A DNA stretch of 64,000 bases from Chloroflexota bacterium (lineage in GTDB: Bacteria > Chloroflexota > Limnocylindria > Limnocylindrales > CSP1-4): NCBI GenBank assembly GCA_003141455.1, contig PLMA01000067.1, positions 17,340 to 81,339 on the forward strand, given 5' to 3'. Below, piece by piece: positions 10,922-21,096 of this stretch. The stretch's first letter is position 1. Each line of letters opens with the position of its first letter. A program made the translations under genes and the position numbers. The notes under the pieces are model-generated. The model was not told the DNA's origin. It saw only the letters and a program-made list of their open reading frames with translations, and made no database searches.

Positions 10922-11436
10922 TGCCGGTGGGCCCAAAGGCGGGCGCCGGGACGCCTCGCCGCGTCCTCGGCATCGATCTCGGGGAGCGCCGGATCGGAGT
11001 GGCGGTGGGCGACCTGGACGCACGCATCGCCACGCCGCTCATGACGTTGAGTCGAGCCAGAAGCATCGTGGCCGACGCGCGCGTCATATCCCGACTCGCC
11101 TCGGAACAACGAGCTACCGGTCTGGTCGTAGGATTGCCACTCGACATGGATGGCGGCGAAGGGCTTCAGGCGATCCGAACGCGCGAATGGGCAGTGGCGG
11201 TGGGGGGCGTCACGGGCCTGCCAGTGCGCTTCAGGGACGAGCGCCTCTCGAGCGAACGAGCCGAGCGCCGCGTCGGAACGCCCGCCAGAGGACGCTCCGG
11301 GGGGCCGCCTACGGCCGCGCAACGGGACGGCCATCGAGCTCGAATTGACAGAGAGGCGGCCGCGCTGATCCTCCAGGACGAGTTGGACGCCATGGTCACG
11401 GAGAACGGGAGCCAGAGACCTGATGACGGTTCGTGA
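10918..11436 (+). CDS. ruvX: Holliday-junction resolvase-like / pre-16S rRNA nuclease YqgF (RuvX)
   Basis: RVLGIDLGERRIGVAVGD motif; the start overlaps the upstream stop (GTGATG). Confidence 0.88.
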   Translation: MMPVGPKAGAGTPRRVLGIDLGERRIGVAVGDLDARIATPLMTLSRARSIVADARVISRLASEQRATGLVVGLPLDMDGGEGLQAIRTREWAVAVGGVTGLPVRFRDERLSSERAERRVGTPARGRSGGPPTAAQRDGHRARIDREAAALILQDELDAMVTENGSQRPDDGS

Positions 11437-12856
11437 CGGGGGGAGCCCGAGGTCGGGGGGACGCCAGGACCCGGAGGCAAATCAGGCCACGAGGCCGGTA
11501 ATCGACATGGGTTGGGACGACTTCGCTCCGCCGACTCCCGAAGACGTGGCCGAAGGTCGGCGTCCGGCCTCCCTGGATTCGCGGCGGGATTACCGCTCGG
11601 GTCGATCGAGTGGACCCGGCCACGTCATCCGCTTCGCGCTCTTCACTCTCCTGCTCGGGGGGCTCGTCGTCGGCGGCCTGTACTTCGTGGCGCGCCCCGT
11701 CGTCGTCGGCGGTATCGTCAACTGGGCCGCGGAGAACCCGACCGCGCTCGAGTTGCCGTTTGTCGCGGATGTAGTCCGCGACCAGCTGGGCTCGAGCCTG
11801 ACCCAGCCTGTCGATGCTCGCGATCAGAATCCCATCGTGATCATCATCGGACCCAACGAGACGCCACGGGAGATAGGAGAGCGGCTGGTCAAGGCCGGCG
11901 CCATAACGGAGGCTCGAGCCCTCGTCTTCCAGTCCATAGAACGGGGCGCAACCTCGGACTTCCAGATCGGTCGGCACGTGGTCAGCAAGTCGCTCACGGT
12001 AGACGAGATGATCTCCATCCTTACCCAGCCGCCCGTGGCCCCGCCGACCGTGCGCATCACCTTCCGCGAGGGGCTGAGGATCGAGCAGATGGTGGCCAAG
12101 CTCGAGTACCTCGAGGCCAATCCGGTCGACCCGACCGCGCCGCTCACGATGAACCCCAGCGAGTTCTACCAGCTGGCCACGAATCCGTCCGCCGAACTGC
12201 TCGCCAGCTACCTGTGGCTGAAGCTGCCTGCGGGGGCCTCACTGGAGGGCTTCCTCTTCCCAGCAACGTACGACGTTGCTCCGGACACAACGCCCAGCGA
12301 GCTGCTGAGCATGCTGCTCGACGCCTTCGCCAGCCATGCCCCGCCCGCGCTGCTGGCCCTGCCACCGGATCAGATCTATCAGAAGGTGCAGATAGCGGCG
12401 CTCGTGGAGAGCGAGGCGAAGGTCGACTCGGACCGGCCCCTGATCGCCGGCGTGTACATCAACCGGCTCAATCCGAAGATCTGGCCGACCGGGCTGCTCA
12501 ACGCCAACCCGACTCTCAACTATGCGAACGACTCCGTGTGGCTCGAGGATCCGGCGCACCCGATCGCGACATGGGTGGACTACGAGTTCTGGACCTCGAT
12601 CAAGACGACGGGCGCGCTCAGCAAGGTCGTGTTTCCGGGGAAGCTCGCCGGATACAACACCTACAGCCACGCCGGTCTCCCGCCGGAACCGATCTGTTCG
12701 CCCAGCGCGCCGTCTCTGTTGGCCGCCGTTGCGCCCGACACCGCGGACGGATACCTGTACTTCCTGGCCAAGAACGACGGCAGCGGGACGCACGCCTTCG
12801 CCAAGACGCAGGCCGAACAGGACGCCAACGCCAAGAAGTACGGGTATACGCCCTGA
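11423..12856 (+). CDS. mltG: endolytic murein transglycosylase MltG (YceG family)
   Basis: N-terminal TM, YceG core and the C-terminal signature YFLAKNDGSGTHAFAKTQAEQDANAKKY. Overlaps ruvX by 14 nt. Confidence 0.88.
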   Translation: MTVRDGGSPRSGGRQDPEANQATRPVIDMGWDDFAPPTPEDVAEGRRPASLDSRRDYRSGRSSGPGHVIRFALFTLLLGGLVVGGLYFVARPVVVGGIVNWAAENPTALELPFVADVVRDQLGSSLTQPVDARDQNPIVIIIGPNETPREIGERLVKAGAITEARALVFQSIERGATSDFQIGRHVVSKSLTVDEMISILTQPPVAPPTVRITFREGLRIEQMVAKLEYLEANPVDPTAPLTMNPSEFYQLATNPSAELLASYLWLKLPAGASLEGFLFPATYDVAPDTTPSELLSMLLDAFASHAPPALLALPPDQIYQKVQIAALVESEAKVDSDRPLIAGVYINRLNPKIWPTGLLNANPTLNYANDSVWLEDPAHPIATWVDYEFWTSIKTTGALSKVVFPGKLAGYNTYSHAGLPPEPICSPSAPSLLAAVAPDTADGYLYFLAKNDGSGTHAFAKTQAEQDANAKKYGYTP

Positions 12857-12948
12857 CTCTCCGGGATCGTGGGGCGGCCAGACAATTGCGTCGAGGCGAG
12901 GGCCGAGCTGGGCGTGGCATTGCGCGGCGGCCTCGCTAACATGAGGGG

Positions 12949-14178
12949 ATGACTCACCTCGTACGCGGGCTACCCCATCCGGCCGACTTCCCGCCGCCGC
13001 CGAACGCCGCCGATCGCGCCCGCTGGGCCGAGGCCGACAGGACCGCTCGGCCGGGCCGTCTGGCCAGACTCCGATCGCGTATGGCCGGCGAGGGAGTGGA
13101 TACCTATTTTGGGATTCGGCCCGAGAACTCGCGATACCTCACCGGCTTCGTTCTGGAAGACGGGGAGGATCGCGTGTCGGGCAACTCGGGTCGCTTCCTC
13201 GTGTCCGCCGACGAAGTCGTGGTCCTGGCCGACAGTCGGTACCGGCTGCAGGCAATCGCCGAGGCGGCAGACGCTCGAATCGAGGCCACGACTTACGATC
13301 TGCCGGCGATCTGGCCGGCTCTCCTGGGCAGTGTCGGCGCAAGACGGGTGGCGGTCGAGGCGGCGATGGTCAGCCACCAGCTCTGGCGGCAGCTGGAGCG
13401 TGCGGCGCCGGACGTGGAGCTCGTTGAGGTCGCCGGCTGGATCGAGAGCGATCGGGCCGTGAAAGAGCCGAGCGAGACCGAGCGAATTCGGGCGGCGTGC
13501 GCCGTCGGCGATAGAGCCCTGGCCTCGATCCTGCGGCGTATCAAGCCCGGTCAAACGGAACGCGATCTGGCCCTGATGCTCGAGTGGGAGATGAGGACGA
13601 GTGGCGGCGATGCCCTGGCCTTCGGGATCGCCTGCCTGGCAGGTGCCAACGCGGCGTTGCCGCACGGATCGCCGTCCGACAGCGAGGTCCGTTTCGGCCA
13701 GGTGCTCCTGTTCGACTTCGGGGCGATGGTGGATGGCTACCGAAGCGACATGACGCGGACGCTTTTCGTCGGAGAGCCGAATCCGCGGGACTTGCGAGTC
13801 TTCGGCATCGTGGCGGCGGCCCAGCAGGCCGTAATCGACCGAATCGCCGCCGCGGCCCGCGGCGATCTGCCCGTTCCGGGAGGGCGGGAAGCCGACGCCG
13901 TCGCTCGCCGGCTCATCGAAGAGGCCGGATACGGGGATCGCTTCGGCCACGGCACCGGACACGGCATCGGCCTGGCGACGCACGAACTTCCCACGCTCAG
14001 CACCCTCGGTAGCGGCGATGCGCTGCCGAGCCCGACGGTCTTCAGCGTGGAGCCTGGGATATACCTCGACGGCGAGACCGGCGTTCGAATCGAAGACCTG
14101 GTCCTCTTCGATCGAGGTGCCGGCCGGCTCGAGCGCCTGACGGGCTTCCCACGCGAGGTTCTCGTCGTCGGCGTGTGA
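12949..14178 (+). CDS. M24B Xaa-Pro aminopeptidase/dipeptidase
   Basis: Metal-ligand region DFGAMVDGYRSD...FGHGTGHGIGLATHE...SVEPGIY typical of pita-bread M24 peptidases. Confidence 0.85.
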   Translation: MTHLVRGLPHPADFPPPPNAADRARWAEADRTARPGRLARLRSRMAGEGVDTYFGIRPENSRYLTGFVLEDGEDRVSGNSGRFLVSADEVVVLADSRYRLQAIAEAADARIEATTYDLPAIWPALLGSVGARRVAVEAAMVSHQLWRQLERAAPDVELVEVAGWIESDRAVKEPSETERIRAACAVGDRALASILRRIKPGQTERDLALMLEWEMRTSGGDALAFGIACLAGANAALPHGSPSDSEVRFGQVLLFDFGAMVDGYRSDMTRTLFVGEPNPRDLRVFGIVAAAQQAVIDRIAAAARGDLPVPGGREADAVARRLIEEAGYGDRFGHGTGHGIGLATHELPTLSTLGSGDALPSPTVFSVEPGIYLDGETGVRIEDLVLFDRGAGRLERLTGFPREVLVVGV

Positions 14179-14320
14179 CCTGATCGGCGGAGCGAGACAC
14201 GGAGGGGCGTGATCGGCCCACCCGGGCAATCGTCCCGCCCGGCGCCTCGGCTACAATCGCGGTTCGAGCGGTGAGTTCGCTGTACGCCCAGCCGTCCAAG
14301 GTCAGGAGTTCTGCGCGACC

Positions 14321-14878
14321 ATGATTTCGACAAGCGACCTGCACAAGGGTGTGGTCATCGAGCTCGATGGCGATCTGTGGCAGATCCTCGACTACCACCA
14401 TCTGAAGATCGGGCGAGGCTCGGCGCAGGTCCGCATCAAGCTCCGGAACGTCAAGCGCGGCCAGACCGTCGAGCGGTCCTTCCAGGCTGGCGACAGGTGG
14501 CCCCGCGTTCAGCTGGAGCACCGCCAGATCCAGTTCCTCTACAGAGATGGCGGCGACTTCCACTTCATGGAGACGGAGAGTTACGAGCAGTTCAGCCTGC
14601 CTGAGGAACAGCTCGAGGACGCTGTGAACTACCTCAAGGAAAGCATGCTACTGGACCGGACCAGCTACGAGGACGAGACTATCGGCGTCGAGCTACCGGT
14701 CACGGTGGATCTCAAGGTCATGGAGACCGAGCCGGGCTTCGCCGGGGACACCCAGACCGGAGCACGGAAGGCGGCCAAGCTCGAATCGGGCCTAACCATC
14801 CAGGTGCCGATCTTCGTGAGTGAAGGCGACACCGTTCGGGTGGACACTCGAACCGGGGAGTACCAGACGCGTCTCTGA
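14321..14878 (+). CDS. efp: elongation factor P
   Basis: 185 aa; N-terminus MISTSDLHKGVVIELDGDLWQILDYHH and a KOW plus two OB-domain layout. Confidence 0.92.
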   Translation: MISTSDLHKGVVIELDGDLWQILDYHHLKIGRGSAQVRIKLRNVKRGQTVERSFQAGDRWPRVQLEHRQIQFLYRDGGDFHFMETESYEQFSLPEEQLEDAVNYLKESMLLDRTSYEDETIGVELPVTVDLKVMETEPGFAGDTQTGARKAAKLESGLTIQVPIFVSEGDTVRVDTRTGEYQTRL

Positions 14879-14924
14879 TCTCGGCTTGCGGGATCCTGGG
14901 CGCAGTCGAGCAGAGGAGCGGCCG

Positions 14925-16502
14925 TTGAGTCGCGGCGATCCGCCCGAGAGCGACATGCTGTGGGACGACCTGCCGCCCCCGGACCCCGAGGCCCGTCGCG
15001 GCCGTCGCGCCGACCCGCCCGACTGGGCGCTGCCGGCCTGGGACGCGATCGTCGATCCCTCCGTGCCCGTGGAGCGGCCCGTCGAACGGACCGTGGAACC
15101 GCTCTTGGAGGCGCCGGTAGCCGAAGCTCCGTCTGAGTCGCCGCGCGGCGAGTCCGGAGGGACGGCGCGGGTAACCCCCGCTTTCGGCCTCCGAATATTT
15201 GGAGTCAGCGAGGTCACTCGGGCGGTCCGGGACGCCGTTCGTTCCGAACCCGACCTGCGCGATCTCTGGGTCGAGGGCGAAGTCGGCCGGGTGACGGTCT
15301 CGTCCGCCGGCCACTGTTACTTCACATTGAAGGACGAGCGCAGCCAGCTGGCCTGCGTCTTCTTCCGGGACGAGCGACTGGCCTCGCCGTTCGAGGCGCG
15401 GACCGGGCTGCGTGTGGTCGTCCACGGGCGGGTCGACGTCTTCGAGTCCCAGGGCCTGTATCAGCTCTACGTCTCGAGCGTCCAGCCGGCCGGCTTCGGC
15501 GACCTCGCCCTGAGGTTCGAGGCCCTCAAGGCCAAGCTTGCGGCAGAGGGGCTCTTCGATTCGAGTCGAAAGCGGCCCCTTCCCTTCCGGCCGGCGGTGA
15601 TCGGTGTGGTCACCAGCGCCACGGGCGCCGTCTGGCACGACATCTGCCACGTCATAGGGCGTCGCTGGCCGCTGGCGCGGTTGGTGCTTTCCTCCTGTCA
15701 GGTCCAGGGCGAAGGGGCGCCCGCGAGCGTGGTGGCCGGGCTCGACCGGCTGGCCCGATGGGCCGACGCGCTCCGTGCGGAAGGCAGAGGGCAGGAAGCG
15801 CCGGCCGTGGTCATTCTGGCGCGTGGAGGAGGCTCGCTGGAGGACCTGTGGTCGTTCAACGACGAGCGGGTGGTGCGGGCCGTGGTCGCTCACCCCGTGC
15901 CGGTGGTTTGTGGAGTGGGCCATGAAGTGGACGTGACGCTCGCCGACTTCGCCGCGGATGTGCGTGCGCCCACGCCCTCGGCAGCCGCGGAGCTGGTCGT
16001 TCCGGATCGCGCGGAAGTGGCGGCGGGCGTAGCTGAGCTGGAACGGCGTGGCCGGAGTTGCGTTCTGGCGGCCGTGATCTCGGCGCGCAACGATCTGGCG
16101 GCGGAGGGCCGTGCACTGGACCGGTTGCGGCCGGGCGCTCAGCTGGCTCAGGCACGCGAACGGGCGGGCCAACTGCTGGATCGAGCGACTCGGGCGATGG
16201 GAGACGAGATGGCTCGCCGCCGGGTGTTGCAAGCGGGGGCTCTGGCGCGACTCGCGCCGGTCGCCGAGACGCGCCTGGCCGTGGCCCGGGCGGCCGTCGA
16301 GCGGAACGCCGCATCTCTCCAGGCTCTCGGGCCGCAAGCGACTTTGGACCGTGGCTACGCCATCGTTCGTCGCGCCGCGGATGGCCTGGTGGTCAGGGAC
16401 CCGGGGGAGGCGCCGGCCGGCGCCAGGCTGTCGATCAAGGTTGCCCGAGGCGACGTTGCCGCGCGTGTCGAGGACGCCCCCGCGCCTGGAGGACGGACTT
16501 GA
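14925..16502 (+). CDS. xseA: exodeoxyribonuclease VII large subunit
   Basis: OB-fold region VSEVTRAVRDAV...LWVEGEVGRVTVSSAGHCYFTLKDERSQLACVFF. A TTG start at 14925 sits 7 nt after an AGGAG; an ATG at 14955 is the alternative. The track ORF from 14820 overlaps efp and is probably too long. Confidence 0.85.
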   Translation: MSRGDPPESDMLWDDLPPPDPEARRGRRADPPDWALPAWDAIVDPSVPVERPVERTVEPLLEAPVAEAPSESPRGESGGTARVTPAFGLRIFGVSEVTRAVRDAVRSEPDLRDLWVEGEVGRVTVSSAGHCYFTLKDERSQLACVFFRDERLASPFEARTGLRVVVHGRVDVFESQGLYQLYVSSVQPAGFGDLALRFEALKAKLAAEGLFDSSRKRPLPFRPAVIGVVTSATGAVWHDICHVIGRRWPLARLVLSSCQVQGEGAPASVVAGLDRLARWADALRAEGRGQEAPAVVILARGGGSLEDLWSFNDERVVRAVVAHPVPVVCGVGHEVDVTLADFAADVRAPTPSAAAELVVPDRAEVAAGVAELERRGRSCVLAAVISARNDLAAEGRALDRLRPGAQLAQARERAGQLLDRATRAMGDEMARRRVLQAGALARLAPVAETRLAVARAAVERNAASLQALGPQATLDRGYAIVRRAADGLVVRDPGEAPAGARLSIKVARGDVAARVEDAPAPGGRT

Positions 16503-16507
16503 TCGAG

Positions 16508-16708
16508 ATGGCCGTCCTCGCGGCAGCCCTGCTGATAGGCGCCGCGATCGCGTTCGGGGTGTCGGTCCGTTTCGGTATGCTCCTCGGGCGACGTCTGGAC
16601 AGAACGGTGGAGGAACGAGCGTCGCTCGGCGGTCGGCCCGGCGAGAAATCTGCGAGTACCGCGGACGCCGGCGAGACCGCTCGATCCGGCGAGCGGACCG
16701 GTCCATGA
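16508..16708 (+). CDS. hypothetical small membrane protein (66 aa)
   Basis: MAVLAAALLIGAAIAFGVSVRFGMLLG is a single TM helix followed by a charged tail. The ORF fills the xseA–xseB gap and its ATG is 6 nt after the xseA stop. Confidence 0.3.
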   Translation: MAVLAAALLIGAAIAFGVSVRFGMLLGRRLDRTVEERASLGGRPGEKSASTADAGETARSGERTGP

Positions 16709-16757
16709 TGGCATCGAGACATGAGCGTCGGCAGCGCCGGCCAGGAGGAGATGCGCC

Positions 16758-17036
16758 GTGAGTGACGAACAAGCCCTCGATCCGGCCGCCGACATCGCCT
16801 CGCTTTCGTTCGACGAGGCTTTGGCGGAGCTGCAGCGAACCGTCGCCGAGCTCGAGCAGGGCGGATTGCCGCTGGAGCGTTCATTGGCTCTCTACGAGCG
16901 GGGAGTCGGCCTCCACGAGCGGTGCGCCACGCTCCTGGGCGAGGCGGATCTCCGTGTCCAACGGCTGCTGGAGCGGTCCTCGGGGGCTCTCGAAGTCGCG
17001 GAGGCGCGGGCCGGCGAGGCTCTGGACCAGGAGTAG
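16758..17036 (+). CDS. xseB: exodeoxyribonuclease VII small subunit
   Basis: LSFDEALAELQRTVAELEQGGLPLERSLALYERGVGL; GTG start with an AGGAGG 8 nt upstream. Confidence 0.88.
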   Translation: MSDEQALDPAADIASLSFDEALAELQRTVAELEQGGLPLERSLALYERGVGLHERCATLLGEADLRVQRLLERSSGALEVAEARAGEALDQE

Positions 17037-17195
17037 CGCGTCACGGTTCGCCCCTCGGAGCCGTCGGTTGTTCTCCGAGCGGCGGCGGGCAGGAGCGGTA
17101 GACTGCCGCCAGACAGACGAGGCGCGAGACCGCATCCACCCAGAAACGCCTCCCGCAGCAGGTGCGGACCGGGGACCGCCCAGGAGCAGACGAAT

Positions 17196-19343
17196 TTGGC
17201 CATCCTGCCCAGGCTGCAGGGCCCGAGCGACCTGCGCGGTCTCACCGACGCCGAACTCGAGGGGCTGGCGGCGGAGATCCGCGAGTACATCATCGAGACG
17301 GTCGCCAAGACGGGCGGCCACCTCGGGTCGTCTCTGGGCGTCGTGGAGTTGACGCTGGCCCTGCACCGCGTACTCGAGTCGCCGCGCGACAAGATCGTCT
17401 GGGACACGGGCCATCAGGCGTACGCCCACAAGCTCTTGACGGGCCGCTATTCGCGTTTCCCGACCTTGCGGCAGTTCGGTGGCATCAGCGGATTCCCCAG
17501 GCGTGAGGAGTCCGAGCACGACGTCTTCGACGGCGGCCATGCGGGCACCGGGTTGTCGATCGCTCAGGGTCTGGCCACGTCGCGGGACATGCGCCACTCG
17601 ATGGAGCGCATCGCGGTTGTCGTCGGCGACGCTGCGCTCATCAGCGGTCTATCGCTCGAGGCGCTGAACGACATCGGGCACCGCCAGACTCAGCTCCTGA
17701 TCGTGCTCAACGACAACGCCATGTCGATCAGCCCCACAGTCGGGGCGTTCAGCCAGTACTTCTCGACCCTGAAGCTCTCCACGGCCTGGAGGCAGAGCAA
17801 GACCGCCTACGACCGAATCGTCGAATCGCTCCCAGTGGTCGGCCGGCCCGCTCTCTCGCTGTCGCGGCGCATCCGGCGGATGGTGGTCAACTTCGCCCAA
17901 CCCGGCCAGCTGTTCGAGGATCTCGGGATCACCTATCTGGGCGTCATACCGGGCCACAACATGAGGGGTCTGGAGCACATCTTCCGGGCCGCTCTCGAGG
18001 TGCCGGGCCCGGTCCTGGTCCACGTCCGGACCCGCAAGGGGCGAGGCTACAGGCCTGCCGAGCGCGACCAGATCGGCTTCCATGGAGCCGCGCTTCCCCC
18101 CATGACCGATCTGCCCGAGCGCCCCGTTGCGGCCGCGACGCACGGCCTGGGCTCACAGCCGGTCCTGACCGGCCCCGCGCTTGCCCGCAAAGAGAGCGCG
18201 ATGCCGATCCCCGGCCGCTTCGACGAGGCCCCGGTGGAGCCCTCCGGCAACGGCAACACGTCCGCCGGGGGAGCGGACATGGGCACGCCGTCCGACGCGG
18301 CCAGGAAAGCGGCAGTCAGCCGGCCGCCCAACTACACCTATCACTTCGCCCGCGAGTTGATCGAACTGGCGGCCGCGGACCGGCGCATCGTCGCCGTCAC
18401 CGCGGGGATGCCGACCGGGACCGGCCTACACCTGTTCCAGGAAAGATTCCCAGACCGCTTCATCGACGTAGGGATCGCCGAGCAGCATGCCGTGGCACTC
18501 TCAGCGGGCATGGCCCTCGCCGGGGAGAGGCCCGTCGTGGCCTTGTATTCGACCTTCCTGCAGCGGGCCTTCGACCAGGAGGTCCACGACGTCTGCCAGA
18601 ACGACCTACCGGTGGTCATCGCCATCGATCGCGCCGGCCTCGTGGGCGAAGACGGAACCAGCCACCAGGGCATGTTCACCCTTCCGACCCAGCGCCAGCT
18701 ACCCAGGATGGTCATCGCCAGCCCCAAGGACGAGCAGGAGCTGCGGTCCCTCGTTCGGACCGCGTTCTCGCAGGATCACCCATTCGCGCTTCACTATCCG
18801 CGCGACCCCGGGTTCGGCGTGCCGGTCAGGGAGCCTGAGATCTTGCCGGTCGGCGTCGGCGAGCTGCTGCGGGAAGGACGCGACATCCTGGTCGTCGGCT
18901 TCGGCCCTATCGTCGAGAGAGGTAGACAGGCCGCCGAGATGCTCGAAGCGGAGGGCTGGTCGGTCGGCTTGATCAATGCCCGCTTCGCCAAGCCGCTCGA
19001 TCGGCAGCTGATCCTGGACCAGGCGCGGGGCAAGAAGCTGCTGGTCACACTCGAAGAGAGCGTCGTGACCGGTGGCTTCGGAACCGGAGTGCTGGAGATG
19101 CTCGAGGAGGCTCGTCTGGCCGATCCCGCGTATCGCGACGTCGCGGTTCGGATAGTCGGCATTCCCGCGGATCGTTTCATCGAGCATGGATCGGTCGATC
19201 AACTGCGGCGACTGCTTCGGCTCGACGGTCCGGGCATCGCGAAGCAGATTCGCGAGACTCTAGCCAGGCTAAAGGCCTCTCCGGAAGCCGCCGCCGTGGC
19301 TCCGACCTCGAACCTGGGGCGCCCCGACGCCCGCGCATCCTGA
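17196..19343 (+). CDS. dxs: 1-deoxy-D-xylulose-5-phosphate synthase
   Basis: TPP-binding GGHLGSSLGVVELTLALH, transketolase-like pyrimidine and C-terminal domains. About 90 extra residues sit in the inter-domain linker (…MTDLPERPVAAATHG…NYTYHFA…). Confidence 0.92.
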   Translation: MAILPRLQGPSDLRGLTDAELEGLAAEIREYIIETVAKTGGHLGSSLGVVELTLALHRVLESPRDKIVWDTGHQAYAHKLLTGRYSRFPTLRQFGGISGFPRREESEHDVFDGGHAGTGLSIAQGLATSRDMRHSMERIAVVVGDAALISGLSLEALNDIGHRQTQLLIVLNDNAMSISPTVGAFSQYFSTLKLSTAWRQSKTAYDRIVESLPVVGRPALSLSRRIRRMVVNFAQPGQLFEDLGITYLGVIPGHNMRGLEHIFRAALEVPGPVLVHVRTRKGRGYRPAERDQIGFHGAALPPMTDLPERPVAAATHGLGSQPVLTGPALARKESAMPIPGRFDEAPVEPSGNGNTSAGGADMGTPSDAARKAAVSRPPNYTYHFARELIELAAADRRIVAVTAGMPTGTGLHLFQERFPDRFIDVGIAEQHAVALSAGMALAGERPVVALYSTFLQRAFDQEVHDVCQNDLPVVIAIDRAGLVGEDGTSHQGMFTLPTQRQLPRMVIASPKDEQELRSLVRTAFSQDHPFALHYPRDPGFGVPVREPEILPVGVGELLREGRDILVVGFGPIVERGRQAAEMLEAEGWSVGLINARFAKPLDRQLILDQARGKKLLVTLEESVVTGGFGTGVLEMLEEARLADPAYRDVAVRIVGIPADRFIEHGSVDQLRRLLRLDGPGIAKQIRETLARLKASPEAAAVAPTSNLGRPDARAS

Positions 19344-19408
19344 TCTCGCTGACTCGACCCGCATGCCGGCGCAGCACGAGATGAGCCGGGTGTGCCACGA
19401 TTGATGTC

Positions 19409-20254
19409 ATGAGCCCTGCCGCACGCCGACCCACGCGCCAGCGCCTGGACCAGCTCCTTGTGGAGCGAGGCCTGGCCGAGACTCGGACTCGCGCCCAAGC
19501 CCTCGTGATGGGTGGCCACGTGCGTGTCGGCGAAGGGGCCGCCGCGCGCACCGACCGCAAGCCCGGCGATCTCGTCGAAACGACTATCGCCCTGGAGGTC
19601 GAGTCGCCGCCGCCGTTCGTGTCTCGGGGCGGATTGAAGCTCCGGGCCGCGCTGGACTTCTTCGGCGTGGAGCCGGTCGGCCTGGTGTGCCTGGACGTGG
19701 GATCTTCCACCGGCGGCTTCACGGACCTGCTGCTGCAGCGCGATGCCAGTCGCGTCTATTCCGTGGATGTCGGACGGGGTCAGCTGGCAGAGGCTCTGCG
19801 GCACGACGCCCGCGTCGTCTCGATGGAACGCACCAACGCTCGTGGCCTTGGCCCAGGCGTGCTTCCGACCGCCGTGGACCTCGCGGTCGTCGACGTCTCG
19901 TTCATCTCGCTGGACCGGATTCTGCGGCCCGTGGCGACGTGCTTTGGACCGCTCGGCGGCAGGATCGTCGCGCTGGTCAAGCCGCAGTTCGAAGCCGGGC
20001 GCAAGCAGGTCCGCGACGGGGTCGTTCGAGACCCCGAGATCCACCGCCAAACTCTCGAGACGGTCGCGCGCTACGCCGTCGGGATAGGCCTCAAGCTGCG
20101 GAACGCGATCGCCTCACCGCTGACCGGGCCCGCCGGGAATCGCGAGTTCTTCCTGGAGTTCGAGGTGCCGGCCGGTTACGCGGGGCCGGACGGCGAACCG
20201 GCCGACCTGCCGGACGAATGGTTGCGCAGATTCATAGAGCTGGCCGGGGCATGA
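19409..20254 (+). CDS. tlyA: TlyA-family rRNA 2'-O-methyltransferase (hemolysin-like)
   Basis: S4-like N-terminus RLDQLLVERGLAETRTRAQALVMGGHV followed by an FtsJ-like methyltransferase domain. Confidence 0.85.
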   Translation: MSPAARRPTRQRLDQLLVERGLAETRTRAQALVMGGHVRVGEGAAARTDRKPGDLVETTIALEVESPPPFVSRGGLKLRAALDFFGVEPVGLVCLDVGSSTGGFTDLLLQRDASRVYSVDVGRGQLAEALRHDARVVSMERTNARGLGPGVLPTAVDLAVVDVSFISLDRILRPVATCFGPLGGRIVALVKPQFEAGRKQVRDGVVRDPEIHRQTLETVARYAVGIGLKLRNAIASPLTGPAGNREFFLEFEVPAGYAGPDGEPADLPDEWLRRFIELAGA

Positions 20255-21096
20255 AGCTCAATCGTCTGGGGTTCGCCTACAACCCAACCAAGGAGGCGGC
20301 GCTCGACCTGCGCGAGCGTGCGGAGGGATGGTGCGAGGCCAGGGGGGTCGCCCATTGGGCGGCTCCGGCCGGCGAACGCCAGGGGCTGCTGGAGCGGCTT
20401 CCGGGAACCGACGCACTGATCGTTCTCGGCGGGGACGGCACCTTCCTCCGAGCGGCACGGGCCGTGGCTGAGGTGGACGTCCCACTCCTGGGCGTGAACC
20501 TGGGCAAAGTGGGGTTCCTATCCAAGGTGGAGACCCAGGGTCTGGAGGCCGTTCTGAACCAGCTCGTCGCCGGCGAGTTCGACCTGGAGAATCGAATGGC
20601 CCTGCAGGCCACGATCCATCCGGGCGGGCGCAGCGAGCCGGGCGAGACCTTCTTCGCCCTCAACGAGATTGCCGTGGCTCGTGGCTCTCTGGTTCGCGTC
20701 TGTAGGATCGAGGTGGAGATCGGCCCCTCGCACCTGGCCACCTTCGTTGCCGACGGGCTGGTCGTCGCCAGCCCCACCGGATCGACCGGGTACTCATTCT
20801 CCGCCGGCGGCCCAATCCTGGATCCGACGAGCCGGAACTTGATCGTGACGCCGATCGCCGGGTACCTCACGGCGATACGGTCCGTGGTGGTGAGCCCGCG
20901 GCACACCGTTCGATGCCGAGTGGTCGACGCGCATGACGTCTTGATGAGCGTCGACGGCCGTGAGGACCGCAGGCTTGCAATCGGAGACGTCGTTGCCGTG
21001 TGCGAACTGGGACGGCCGATCCGGTTCATCGAACCCCACGGAGCCCTGCCGTTCTGGGATCTGCTCCGGCAGAAGTCGGAGTTGCTCCCGTCATGA
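20251..21096 (+). CDS. nadK: NAD(+) kinase
   Basis: GGDGTFLRAARA and NLGKVGFLS motifs. The ATG overlaps the tlyA stop (ATGA). The track shows it only as the tail of ORF 19687..21096. Confidence 0.88.
   Translation: MKLNRLGFAYNPTKEAALDLRERAEGWCEARGVAHWAAPAGERQGLLERLPGTDALIVLGGDGTFLRAARAVAEVDVPLLGVNLGKVGFLSKVETQGLEAVLNQLVAGEFDLENRMALQATIHPGGRSEPGETFFALNEIAVARGSLVRVCRIEVEIGPSHLATFVADGLVVASPTGSTGYSFSAGGPILDPTSRNLIVTPIAGYLTAIRSVVVSPRHTVRCRVVDAHDVLMSVDGREDRRLAIGDVVAVCELGRPIRFIEPHGALPFWDLLRQKSELLPS

Noticed and set aside
14718-16772. 684-aa minus-strand ORF (and similar long minus-strand ORFs at 718..1953, 5870..6877, 6887..8245, 8858..10177, 12970..14229, 20277..21740, 25189..27396, 26220..27638, 28133..29257, 29298..30407, 30868..32580, 34959..37178, 42785..44035, 44494..46104, 49300..50898, 51203..52258, 62730..63947)
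   Set aside because: They lie antisense to well-supported plus-strand genes (xseA, typA, alaS, ftsA, dxs, scpAB, der and others). Their translations are Arg/Pro/Gly-rich with no motifs. Stop-codon-poor antisense frames are expected at about 70% GC.
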